From an uncultured Aequorivita sp. (lineage in GTDB: Bacteria; Bacteroidota; Bacteroidia; Flavobacteriales; Flavobacteriaceae): DNA of 37,797 bases. Positions within the stretch are counted from its first letter, which is position 1. The number at the start of each line of letters is the position of its first letter. A program made the translations under genes and the position numbers. The notes under the pieces are model-generated. The model worked only from the letters and a program-made list of their open reading frames with translations, was not told the origin of the DNA and ran no database searches. The DNA lies in the NCBI GenBank assembly GCA_964463595.1, contig CAYXDM010000001.1, positions 8,130-45,926 of the forward strand, in the 5' to 3' direction. Positions 17,389-25,380 of this stretch are shown here, one piece after another.

Positions 17389-19890
17389 TTATTTCCCAAT
17401 GGAAAGCATGTTGGCAAACAACCTATAGGCCCCCGGAATACCTGCGGGAAGTACCCTGAAAAAACTTAGACCTGTATAGACATAATATCCTTTCCCATAT
17501 TTGGCGACGAGCAGGGCACCTTTGGTCTGTGGTTCACCTGAATCGTTCATACCCAAAATTGGCGTGAATTCCTTTGCCCATTCATTCGGAAAATAGAGCC
17601 CGCGTTCCTGTACCCACCCCTCAAAATCGGTCTGGGTAATCTTATTCGGGGTATTCAACAACGGATTTTCAGGCGCCAGAAATTTCACTTCGGCAAATTC
17701 ATCGGTGACCCGATCCCGGGAGAGTCTTAAGAAATATGGCGCAATAGTTTCGGTTACCAAAGCATGGTTCGTATTGTATTGAACGATAAGGTTTCCGCCG
17801 TTTTCAACATATTTGTTTAGGGTCGGTTGTGCAAAGGCAAGTTCAGGTACTGTGTTATACGCCCGGATGCCAAGAACTATCGCATCAAACTTTTCAAGGT
17901 TTTTCGCGGAGATGTTTGAGGGATCTATGGTGGTTACGGTATATCCTATCTGTCCTAAACTTTCGGGTATGGCATCACCTGCGCCATTTATATATCCTAT
18001 ATGTTGTCCTTTTTTCAGGATGTCGATTTTTGCAACCTTTGCCTCAGAGGGCAGTAACACGCTTTGATAGGGAATATGATCGTAATCCACCGTTGCCAAT
18101 TTGTTGGAGAATGTTTTACCCTCTGCATTGATTATGGTCTTTAAATATCCCTCGCTTGGTCCCTTCGGTGGAGTAACCGTAAAATACAAGGTGGTGGTTT
18201 CACCATTTCTTTCAAGTTTAAAGGGTTGTTGGGCCGGTTCCACTTTCCACCCTTCGGGAGATTGCAGGCCTACAATGCCGGAGATTCTGTCTTTGCCGGC
18301 GCGAACGATAATGGCAATAGTTTTAGCCGCTTCGGTGGCGAAAATCAAAACTTTTTCCGGAAGGGAAGCCGTAACTTCCGGCAAGACCTCCAGTGGTCTA
18401 TACACTTCTCCTTTTACTGGATCATTGAATTTATAAATAATGTTTTTTGTAAAGAAAATGGTAGTCTTTCCAAACTGAAGTTCAAAAACCAGTCGCTCCA
18501 GGGCTGGAGTTTCAGGCAGGCCGATCAATTCTTCGGGTGCGGTGTACATTCCTGCCGTTCCTTTTTCAATCAACCAATATGGGGAGGAATATTTTGGGTT
18601 ATGCAAGCCGGAGTTTAAGGTTATCTCAATTTTTCTGCCCACATTAAAAGGAAGGGTTTCCCTGCCGTCCCAAATTACCTTTCCATCAAGATCACTGATG
18701 TTCTTTAAAACTACTTCGTTGCTTCCCCTATTTATGGCCTCGATATTTACTTTAAAATCTTGCTTTGGATTTACGGCGTTTTCTTCAGAGACGGCTTCAA
18801 GGAAAATTCCCCCGCAATCAAGAATGAGTTGTTTCAACTGTTCCAATTTTATTTTTTTCCAGTGATCATCCTTCAGGTTCTTTACCAGTGGGTAAGCCTT
18901 CAATAGTTGGGGAAGCATTTTCGAAGGATCCGAAAAGTCGAAATTTTTTTCCAACGGATTTAAGATGGCCCCAATTTCCTTTCCCCCTTCAAGTCGGCTC
19001 CAGTTTGTGTTGATGCCCTGAAAAAGATCGTTGTTCGGCGGTTTTGAACCTTTGAGCAATTCCAGATATTCAGTTTCTGAACCTCTTGTACCTGTACTTC
19101 CAAACCCTTGCGACTGGTGCATGCTCCGGCTCAAGGCGGCGATCTCTCCATTGGAAAGGCCCAGGGAGGGAAAATATGTTCCTATTTCAACTGCAACATG
19201 ATTGGTTTTGTCAGCATTTTCAAATTTTTCCCGACTGCCATAAAACCACCAGGAGGTGTTGAAAAATAATCTTTGGGGCTGCCATACCCCATATTCCTTG
19301 GCTGATTGTGGAAAATTGGCCGCGTTCCCGGCCTTGTCAAACGCTTCCATCCCCAACATAGCAGATGCCGTATGGTGGCCGTGGGTGGTTCCGGGACTGC
19401 GATGATCGAAGCGGTTTATTATAATGTCCGGTCTAAATTTCCGGATGGTGTGGATCACGTCGCCAAAAACTTCCTGTTTATTCCAGAATTTAAAAGTTTC
19501 CTCGGGATTTTTACTGTACCCAAAATCATTGGCACGCGTAAAAAATTGATGGCCACCATCTATTTTTCGGGCCTCCAAAAGCTCTTCCGTCCGAATAACC
19601 CCGAGGAGCTCACCCAGTTCAGGGCCTACCAAATTTTGGCCGCCGTCGCCACGGGTTATGGAAAGATAGGCGGTGTTGGCATGCACGTCGTTTACCAGAT
19701 AGGAAATGAGTCGAGTGTTCTCATCATCGGGATGGGCCGCAATATATAGCGCGGAGCCTACAAAGTTCAGCTTTTGAAGATTGTGATATATTTGGGATGA
19801 GGTGGGTTTTTTGGGCGTTTGGGCGGTGGCGCCTATGGCCAGCAGTAGTAACAGCTTTAAAAAGATAGTTTTTCGCATGGAAGAATTCAT
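17389..19890 (-). CDS. Exported PIG-L/LmbE family deacetylase with C-terminal NEW3/Ig-like and class I glutamine amidotransferase-like domains
   Basis: Signal peptide ending ATA-Q; AAHPDDE Zn motif, TRGDGGQN, R..EL..AR..DG, DFGYSK and HGHH. C-terminal GG.LIVQYN / WVQERGLYF / G.YVYTGL region. Alternative start at 19878. Confidence 0.88.
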   Translation of the reverse strand: MNSSMRKTIFLKLLLLLAIGATAQTPKKPTSSQIYHNLQKLNFVGSALYIAAHPDDENTRLISYLVNDVHANTAYLSITRGDGGQNLVGPELGELLGVIRTEELLEARKIDGGHQFFTRANDFGYSKNPEETFKFWNKQEVFGDVIHTIRKFRPDIIINRFDHRSPGTTHGHHTASAMLGMEAFDKAGNAANFPQSAKEYGVWQPQRLFFNTSWWFYGSREKFENADKTNHVAVEIGTYFPSLGLSNGEIAALSRSMHQSQGFGSTGTRGSETEYLELLKGSKPPNNDLFQGINTNWSRLEGGKEIGAILNPLEKNFDFSDPSKMLPQLLKAYPLVKNLKDDHWKKIKLEQLKQLILDCGGIFLEAVSEENAVNPKQDFKVNIEAINRGSNEVVLKNISDLDGKVIWDGRETLPFNVGRKIEITLNSGLHNPKYSSPYWLIEKGTAGMYTAPEELIGLPETPALERLVFELQFGKTTIFFTKNIIYKFNDPVKGEVYRPLEVLPEVTASLPEKVLIFATEAAKTIAIIVRAGKDRISGIVGLQSPEGWKVEPAQQPFKLERNGETTTLYFTVTPPKGPSEGYLKTIINAEGKTFSNKLATVDYDHIPYQSVLLPSEAKVAKIDILKKGQHIGYINGAGDAIPESLGQIGYTVTTIDPSNISAKNLEKFDAIVLGIRAYNTVPELAFAQPTLNKYVENGGNLIVQYNTNHALVTETIAPYFLRLSRDRVTDEFAEVKFLAPENPLLNTPNKITQTDFEGWVQERGLYFPNEWAKEFTPILGMNDSGEPQTKGALLVAKYGKGYYVYTGLSFFRVLPAGIPGAYRLFANMLSIGK

Positions 19891-19908
19891 TTATGCTCGC
19901 AAGGGCCA

Positions 19909-19916
19909 CAAAGATA
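19909..19916 (-). promoter_or_regulatory. -7 promoter element (TATCTTTG) for the PIG-L gene
   Basis: Plus-strand CAAAGATA, 18 nt from the ATG at 19890. Confidence 0.6.
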
Positions 19917-19995
19917 CTTATAATGGAAGAAATTTTTCCCGGCAGAAGGATGTTGGGTTCCAATCGTACATTTTTCAATTTCTTATACAGAAAAA

Positions 19996-20565
19996 TCAAT
20001 CATGCGGAAGGTCCAACCTGTTTTTATCAATTTCCGGCTGGGGTTCGGGAATGTTTTCGTGGTTTATGATGCTCACTCCCTTTTGCAACATCATACTATT
20101 TGGATAGGTAATCGTTTCGTTATCCTTTGTATGGAGAATTACGTGGAATGACTTTATATCCTCAATATAACCTTCCGAAGGAAAATCCTTGTCGTGGATC
20201 TTGATGTAATCGCCAATCCTATAGGGAAAGGTGAAGAACATTATGATACCGCTCGTTACATTGCTCAGGATGCTCCATTGGGCAAAAAAGGCGATTCCGA
20301 TTACGGCAAAGACCGAGGACAACACCAATCCAACATTTCTGAAATCCACCCCCCAGATAGTAACCAATCCAAGAACGATCAAAAAGAAAAAGACAAAATC
20401 CACGTATTTCATGATCAATCCCGTGCGGTGTTCCAGTCTTTCAACTTTTTGGGCGTAATTTTGGATGGCGCGTTTCAATATCGTTCTCAACAACAAAAGA
20501 ATCATTAACAAAGCACCCGATTCAATCAATTGAAAGGTATATTCTCTTAAATTGTCCATATTCAT
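19996..20565 (-). CDS. Small-conductance mechanosensitive channel (MscS) family protein, short form
   Basis: Three TM helices, then ILSNVTSGII, PYRIGDYI, G.IEDI and YPNS. Lacks most of the C-terminal cage. Confidence 0.85.
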   Translation of the reverse strand: MNMDNLREYTFQLIESGALLMILLLLRTILKRAIQNYAQKVERLEHRTGLIMKYVDFVFFFLIVLGLVTIWGVDFRNVGLVLSSVFAVIGIAFFAQWSILSNVTSGIIMFFTFPYRIGDYIKIHDKDFPSEGYIEDIKSFHVILHTKDNETITYPNSMMLQKGVSIINHENIPEPQPEIDKNRLDLPHD

Positions 20566-20569
20566 TTAG

Positions 20570-21505
20570 TTATTTTAATCCCAAGGAATCCCTCAAATGT
20601 GCAAATTCATTTCGGTTTTTGTTCCAATAATCGCTTTTTATTCGATGTATTTTTTCCCCGCGTGTTTGCAGCCGGAGGGAATCCTTTCTGTCTGCCCCAT
20701 TTACCTCTTCCCATTTTTCGATTTCGAAGGGAAACCTGCTCCTGAAAATCAATTTCAACTGGCGCTGAAGGTCGGGATAATTTAAGGTGTAAACGGTCAT
20801 CGAATCCCCTTGTTTTATATTTGCAAATGCATGGTATTCCTTGATTTCCTTATGGTGAAGTCGGATATATTCTAGCGATGGAATTATGGAAATCTCTCCC
20901 GTAGGCAGTTCCTCGGGATTGATCCGTATTAAATTCCACAGTTCGTCTTCCAGCCAATTTTTGGGCAAGGAAAACTTTTGATCTGCTTCGCCTTCAAAAT
21001 AAGAATGGGTCTCTAACTCGAAAATTTCCCTATTGTTGAGCTGCAAATATACCTGGCCGCACCATTCTTGCGTACTGTTGCTTATTTTAAGGGCATGCCC
21101 GGTGGTTGAAAGGGGGCTGAAAGTACTGCTCATAATGGAATATGGGTAAATTCCAGTATTGAAATTTTTGGTGAGGTTGAGCTTCAAAACAGGAATATTC
21201 CCCTCCGAAATGCGTTCGGCTTTTACTTGTTCATCAGGTAAAAAATCCTCGGTAACATATATGGTCACGGCCGTACCCTCCCGCATTTCTCCATAGCGCT
21301 CTTGGGTCAATTGATAGGAGGTAATTTCCGCTTCTCCCGAAAACCAGTATTCCTTAAATTCCTGCGAAAAACTCCGGGCATCCTCAGGTCTCGGTTTTTC
21401 CTGTTTGGATGGGATCCGTGGGGAAATATTTTTTTCTTCTGAAGTATTGCAGCCGGCGGTCAAAACCACAACAGCTATGGGAAGTATAAATTTAAAAACG
21501 TTCAT
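20570..21505 (-). CDS. Conserved hypothetical lipoprotein
   Basis: Lipobox LTAGC; YW..GEAEITSY.L.Q.RYGE.R.G, GIYPYS.M.S and QEWCGQ blocks. No Maf motifs. Confidence 0.75.
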   Translation of the reverse strand: MNVFKFILPIAVVVLTAGCNTSEEKNISPRIPSKQEKPRPEDARSFSQEFKEYWFSGEAEITSYQLTQERYGEMREGTAVTIYVTEDFLPDEQVKAERISEGNIPVLKLNLTKNFNTGIYPYSIMSSTFSPLSTTGHALKISNSTQEWCGQVYLQLNNREIFELETHSYFEGEADQKFSLPKNWLEDELWNLIRINPEELPTGEISIIPSLEYIRLHHKEIKEYHAFANIKQGDSMTVYTLNYPDLQRQLKLIFRSRFPFEIEKWEEVNGADRKDSLRLQTRGEKIHRIKSDYWNKNRNEFAHLRDSLGLK

Positions 21506-21538
21506 TCGCCTCGGATTTCCAGCTAAAATACCAAAAAA

Positions 21539-22126
21539 TCACCGGGAAGCAATATGGACCAGGGTTTTGTAAACCAGGCGAACGGGAAGGCCCATCACAT
21601 TAAAATAGCAGCCCTCAATTTTTTCGATTCCTATATACCCTATCCATTCCTGGATGCCATAACCTCCTGCTTTATCAAAGGGTTTGTAGGTACTTATGTA
21701 ATACTCCATCTCTTCTTCAGAAAGGGTCTTGAACCAGACCTTGGTAATATCGTGTAGGGTTTCCTGAAAATTTTTGGATGTAAAACATACCGAAGTAATC
21801 ACTTCGTGCTTTTGGCCACTCAATTTGCCCAGCATTTGTTTGGCTTCCTCTTCATTCTTCGGTTTCCCTAAGGCCTCATTGTCCAGCCATACAATAGTAT
21901 CGCTGGTTACCAAGATTTCATTTTCCTTCAGATCGGAAAAGGCGGAAGCTTTTTTTTCAGAAATAAAATCAGTGATCCCTGACTTTTTTAAATGGGAAGG
22001 ATAACTCTCGTCAGTTTCCTTTACCCGGATTTCAAAATCGATGTCCAGCTCGTTAAAAAAAGCCTGTCGTCGTGGGGAGGCCGAGGCGAGAATGATATTG
22101 AAATTTATAAGTTTATCGCGGAGCAT
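21539..22126 (-). CDS. maf: Maf family nucleotide pyrophosphatase (YhdE-like)
   Basis: ILASASPRR, SDTIV, LGKP, DKAGGYGIQ and NVMGLP. Confidence 0.93.
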   Translation of the reverse strand: MLRDKLINFNIILASASPRRQAFFNELDIDFEIRVKETDESYPSHLKKSGITDFISEKKASAFSDLKENEILVTSDTIVWLDNEALGKPKNEEEAKQMLGKLSGQKHEVITSVCFTSKNFQETLHDITKVWFKTLSEEEMEYYISTYKPFDKAGGYGIQEWIGYIGIEKIEGCYFNVMGLPVRLVYKTLVHIASR

Positions 22127-22169
22127 GCTTTAATATAAATTGGGTTTTCGTTTTCTTGTTGTATGATTT

Positions 22170-22177
22170 CAAAAATA
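22170..22177 (-). promoter_or_regulatory. -7 promoter element (TATTTTTG) upstream of maf
   Basis: Plus-strand CAAAAATA, about 44 nt from the maf ATG. Confidence 0.45.
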
Positions 22178-22233
22178 ATGAATCCTGCCTTCAGGGTATC
22201 CTGCGCCAGAATTTTAGTTTCCTATACCCTGAC

Positions 22234-23142
22234 TTAGGATAGTGATTGAAATAACATCATGGAACATATTCCGGTAACCATAACAATTTTCAATAAGCTG
22301 GAAAGGAACGCAAAGTCCTTTTTCGTTTTTGCATCCCAAGCCTTGATACAAAACAGAAGTAAGGGGCCTATAATGGTGAAAAGAAAATACAACAATATAA
22401 TTTGGTGGCTGTACAGATATTCATACATATAAAACAGCACTCCACATACCATCAAAACCCCGAGGATAAATGTGATGAGTACCGTTCTTTTTCTTCCTAT
22501 TGCAATGGGCAGGGTGTTCATTTCCCCTTTTTTATCACCATTTATATCCTGTAAATCCTTTACTATTTCCCGGATGAAGTTTAGGGAAAATGCGAAAAGT
22601 GAATATTGCAAAACAATCTTGAATAGCATAGACTGATCCGCTTGGTTGGTAGGCGAAATGCCAGGCATCAGATCAAAAAGCCCCACTATAATCAGGCTCA
22701 TGGCAACAAGTGCCGAGATCAACAGGTTGCCCACCAGCAACATGCCTTTTAAATAAGAGGCATACAAATAGAGGAGGGCAGAGATAACAATAAAAAGGCC
22801 CGCAAAAGCAGGTTTACCAATACTGTTCGAAAGGTAGTACCCGATTGAGACCCCTACAACGTTTAGAATTATAAACAGATTATTTGCAGTGTTTATGCCA
22901 ATTCTTTTGCCTACCAGAACTTTTTGGGGTTTATTGATTTTGTCGATTTCTATATCATAGATATCATTGATGGTGTTTCCGGCCGCCGCAATGGAGACAG
23001 TCGCCAATACCAACAGGAAAAATTCCCAGTCATTGAGGGTTATATCAATGCCCGAAGGATGAAAAAGTCCGTACTTAATACAGTATTGCGCCAGTGCAAT
23101 AAACACAAGATTTTGAAAGCGGATGAGATGGAGATATTTCAA
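22234..23142 (-). CDS. UbiA-superfamily prenyltransferase, geranylgeranylglycerol-phosphate geranylgeranyltransferase (DGGGP synthase)-like
   Basis: NDIYDIEIDKINKP and REIVKDLQDINGD Asp-rich motifs; about 8-9 TM helices; TTG start. Confidence 0.85.
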   Translation of the reverse strand: MKYLHLIRFQNLVFIALAQYCIKYGLFHPSGIDITLNDWEFFLLVLATVSIAAAGNTINDIYDIEIDKINKPQKVLVGKRIGINTANNLFIILNVVGVSIGYYLSNSIGKPAFAGLFIVISALLYLYASYLKGMLLVGNLLISALVAMSLIIVGLFDLMPGISPTNQADQSMLFKIVLQYSLFAFSLNFIREIVKDLQDINGDKKGEMNTLPIAIGRKRTVLITFILGVLMVCGVLFYMYEYLYSHQIILLYFLFTIIGPLLLFCIKAWDAKTKKDFAFLSSLLKIVMVTGICSMMLFQSLS

Positions 23143-23250
23143 GTTATTAGTTATGATTTTTGGAATTTCGGATGATGGATGCCGGGTTGGGAATTATCGA
23201 ATTATGAATTATGGGATTCTTCCATCTTAGTTATCAACTATGATTTTGAG
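23142..23250. repeat. Degenerate heptamer tandem repeats
   Basis: AGTTATT-AGTTATG (23142-23155), GAATTAT-C-GAATTAT-GAATTAT (23191-23212) and AGTTATC-AACTATG further on. Confidence 0.4.
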
Positions 23251-23276
23251 TTACATTCAGTTGCTCGCCACTCATC

Positions 23277-23834
23277 TCAATCATATTTTGCGCTTACCCC
23301 AGAGGTCAGCATCCATTTTCCCTGAACTTTTAAGACCTGCTCAATTACGTCGCGCACGCAGCCTTTGCCTCCTTTTTTATGGGAAACGTATTTTGAAATG
23401 GATTTTATTTCGGGAACTGCATCCTGCGGGCAGGTAGGAAGTCCAACTTCCTGCATAATTTCGTAATCCGGTAAGTCATCGCCCATATAAAGTACGTTTT
23501 CGGCCTTAAGATCATGGCGATCTAAATATTCCTCCAAAATTTTGGTCTTTTGCTGGGCTCCCAGAAAAATATCCTCAATGCCGAGATTTTGAAGACGGAC
23601 CCTAACGCCCTCATTGCTCCCGCCGGAAATAACACAAATCCTAAATCCCTGCTCCACGGCTGTTTTCAGTGCATAGCCATCCTTGATGTTCATGGTACGG
23701 AACAGTTCGCCTTGGGTGGTTACTTTTACCGTGCCGTCGGTCAATACCCCATCTACATCGAAAATGAAGGTGGTAATACGGTTGAGGTATTCCTTATAAC
23801 TTTTATCGTTAAACTCAAATGGTTTTTCTGTCAT
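23277..23834 (-). CDS. kdsC: KdsC family HAD-IIIA phosphatase (Kdo-8-phosphate phosphatase)
   Basis: FDVDGVLTDG, KDG, ISGG, YMGDDLPD and GGKGCVRDVIE. Start moved to ATG 23834 to avoid overlap with the upstream gene. Confidence 0.88.
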   Translation of the reverse strand: MTEKPFEFNDKSYKEYLNRITTFIFDVDGVLTDGTVKVTTQGELFRTMNIKDGYALKTAVEQGFRICVISGGSNEGVRVRLQNLGIEDIFLGAQQKTKILEEYLDRHDLKAENVLYMGDDLPDYEIMQEVGLPTCPQDAVPEIKSISKYVSHKKGGKGCVRDVIEQVLKVQGKWMLTSGVSAKYD

Positions 23835-23844
23835 AATTGAATAG

Positions 23845-24594
23845 TTATTTGGTGTTGAGCGAATGGGTGAAAAGTTCGTAGAGGTCACGATAGGGGCTTT
23901 CTGCCAAAAGTTTCAAATGCTTCTCAATGGTCTTTTTGTCGTTGCGTTTTGCCGGGCCGGTTTGCGCCTGGTACGGAGAGATGGTTTCGATTTTTGCCGC
24001 GGTTTCCCTAATCAAGGGCTCTAACAATGTAAAGGGCAATTTTTCTTCTTCTAAAATGGAACTGCCGATGCCGTATAAATGGTTGACGAAATTATTGACG
24101 AAAACTGCGGCCAAGTGCAATTTCGCCCTTTTTTCAGATGAAATCTCGACAACATTCCTTGAAATGATCTTTCCCAAATCTTGGAGCAGTTTAAGATCAT
24201 TCGGATTTTCCGCTTCAATACAGAGGGGAATATCCGTAAAATCCACCCTTCGTTTTTTTGAAAAACTCTGTAACGGATAAAACACCCCGCGCCTGTTCTT
24301 CGGAGCTAGCTGATCCATTCCTACCCCACCCGAGGTATGGACAACCAATCTATTTTTAAAAGGCAGACTTTCCGAAAAAAAACCAATCACATCATCGGGA
24401 ATTCCGATAATATATACATCCGCATCCCTCAAGTTCGAAATATCGTCGGTAAACAGAATATTTTCATAGGAGGAAGGCAGGGCAAGGAAATTTCTGTTAA
24501 AAACCTGAATTACGTTTACGTTTTCCGCTCTTCGCAATGCATTGCAAAGATGATAGTTGAGATTTCCGAATCCTAATAACACTACATTTATCAT
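23845..24594 (-). CDS. Rossmann-like and DUF2520 domain-containing oxidoreductase
   Basis: VVLLGFGNL Rossmann start, VHTSG, FYPLQSF, LHLAAVFVNNF and QTGPAKRND..TI..H. Start at MINVV (24594). Confidence 0.88.
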   Translation of the reverse strand: MINVVLLGFGNLNYHLCNALRRAENVNVIQVFNRNFLALPSSYENILFTDDISNLRDADVYIIGIPDDVIGFFSESLPFKNRLVVHTSGGVGMDQLAPKNRRGVFYPLQSFSKKRRVDFTDIPLCIEAENPNDLKLLQDLGKIISRNVVEISSEKRAKLHLAAVFVNNFVNHLYGIGSSILEEEKLPFTLLEPLIRETAAKIETISPYQAQTGPAKRNDKKTIEKHLKLLAESPYRDLYELFTHSLNTK

Positions 24595-24807
24595 AATGCG
24601 AAAGTAAGGTATTTTAATTTTTTGGCGAAAACTTTGGGTGAATCCCTTTGATTTCACCACTCCTTTGGTTGAGAAATCATGCAACATGGAATCGTTATTT
24701 TAGTCGGCCCTACAAAGTCATCGATTGGTCGATGGACAATACATTGCAGATTACGGAGTCCTGGATTTTACCGGTATTTTAGATGGGCAATTTCTGATGG
24801 ATTTTGG

Positions 24808-24815
24808 TAACTTTG
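24808..24815 (+). promoter_or_regulatory. -7 promoter element (TAACTTTG) for the truncated haemoglobin gene
   Basis: Exact TAnnTTTG ending 14 nt before the ATG at 24830. Confidence 0.6.
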
Positions 24816-24829
24816 CTTGAAAACGAACA

Positions 24830-25237
24830 ATGGCAGAACGCGAAATAAATTCAAGGGAGGATGTTTCCCTTTTGGTACGAACTTTTTACGGAAAAGTCAG
24901 AAAAGACGACCTTCTGGGGCCTATATTTAATGGAATCATTAAGGATTGGGAGAGCCACCTGGAACTCTTGACCGACTTTTGGGAGACCAACCTTTTCTTT
25001 AAACGCAAATACTTTGGAAATCCTATGCATGCCCACGTGGAGGTTGACAAAATGGTCAACAATACCATAAATGAAATGCACTTTGGCAGATGGATAAATC
25101 TTTGGCTCCAAACGATAGACGAACTTTTCGACCCGGAGGATGAAAGGGCGTTGGTTGCAAAAAACAGGGCCCGGCACATGGGAACATTCCTCCATTTGAA
25201 CATTTTTAATTCCAGAACCACCAAAGCGGGCCAATAG
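24830..25237 (+). CDS. Group III (trHbP/Ctb-like) truncated haemoglobin
   Basis: LVRTFYGKVRKDDLLGPIF, W..HL..LTDFW, Y.GNPM..H (proximal His) and HFGRW..LW. Confidence 0.9.
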   Translation: MAEREINSREDVSLLVRTFYGKVRKDDLLGPIFNGIIKDWESHLELLTDFWETNLFFKRKYFGNPMHAHVEVDKMVNNTINEMHFGRWINLWLQTIDELFDPEDERALVAKNRARHMGTFLHLNIFNSRTTKAGQ

Positions 25238-25356
25238 ATAACCGTAAAATAGGATAACTTTTTAAATGTCCGACCTAGCTTTCTGGCATATAATTGGTTA
25301 AAATGGTAGCGTGTTTTTGAACTCCGTTTTTGATAGCTTTAATGGGTCTAATTACC

Positions 25357-25364
25357 TAAATTTG
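25357..25364 (+). promoter_or_regulatory. -7 promoter element (TAAATTTG) for ccsBA
   Basis: Exact TAnnTTTG ending 16 nt before the ATG at 25381. Confidence 0.6.
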
Positions 25365-25380
25365 CCCAAAATTTCCTACA

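Noticed and set aside
22191-22232. TCAGGGTAT/ATACCCTGA inverted repeat after the ubiA stop
   Set aside because: It has a 24-nt loop and no U-tract, so it cannot be called a terminator or a mobile-element end.
24719-24734. CATCGA-TTGG-TCGATG palindrome upstream of the globin as an FNR or NsrR site
   Set aside because: It does not match TTGAT-N4-ATCAA or another consensus I can name, and 6-bp arms can arise by chance.
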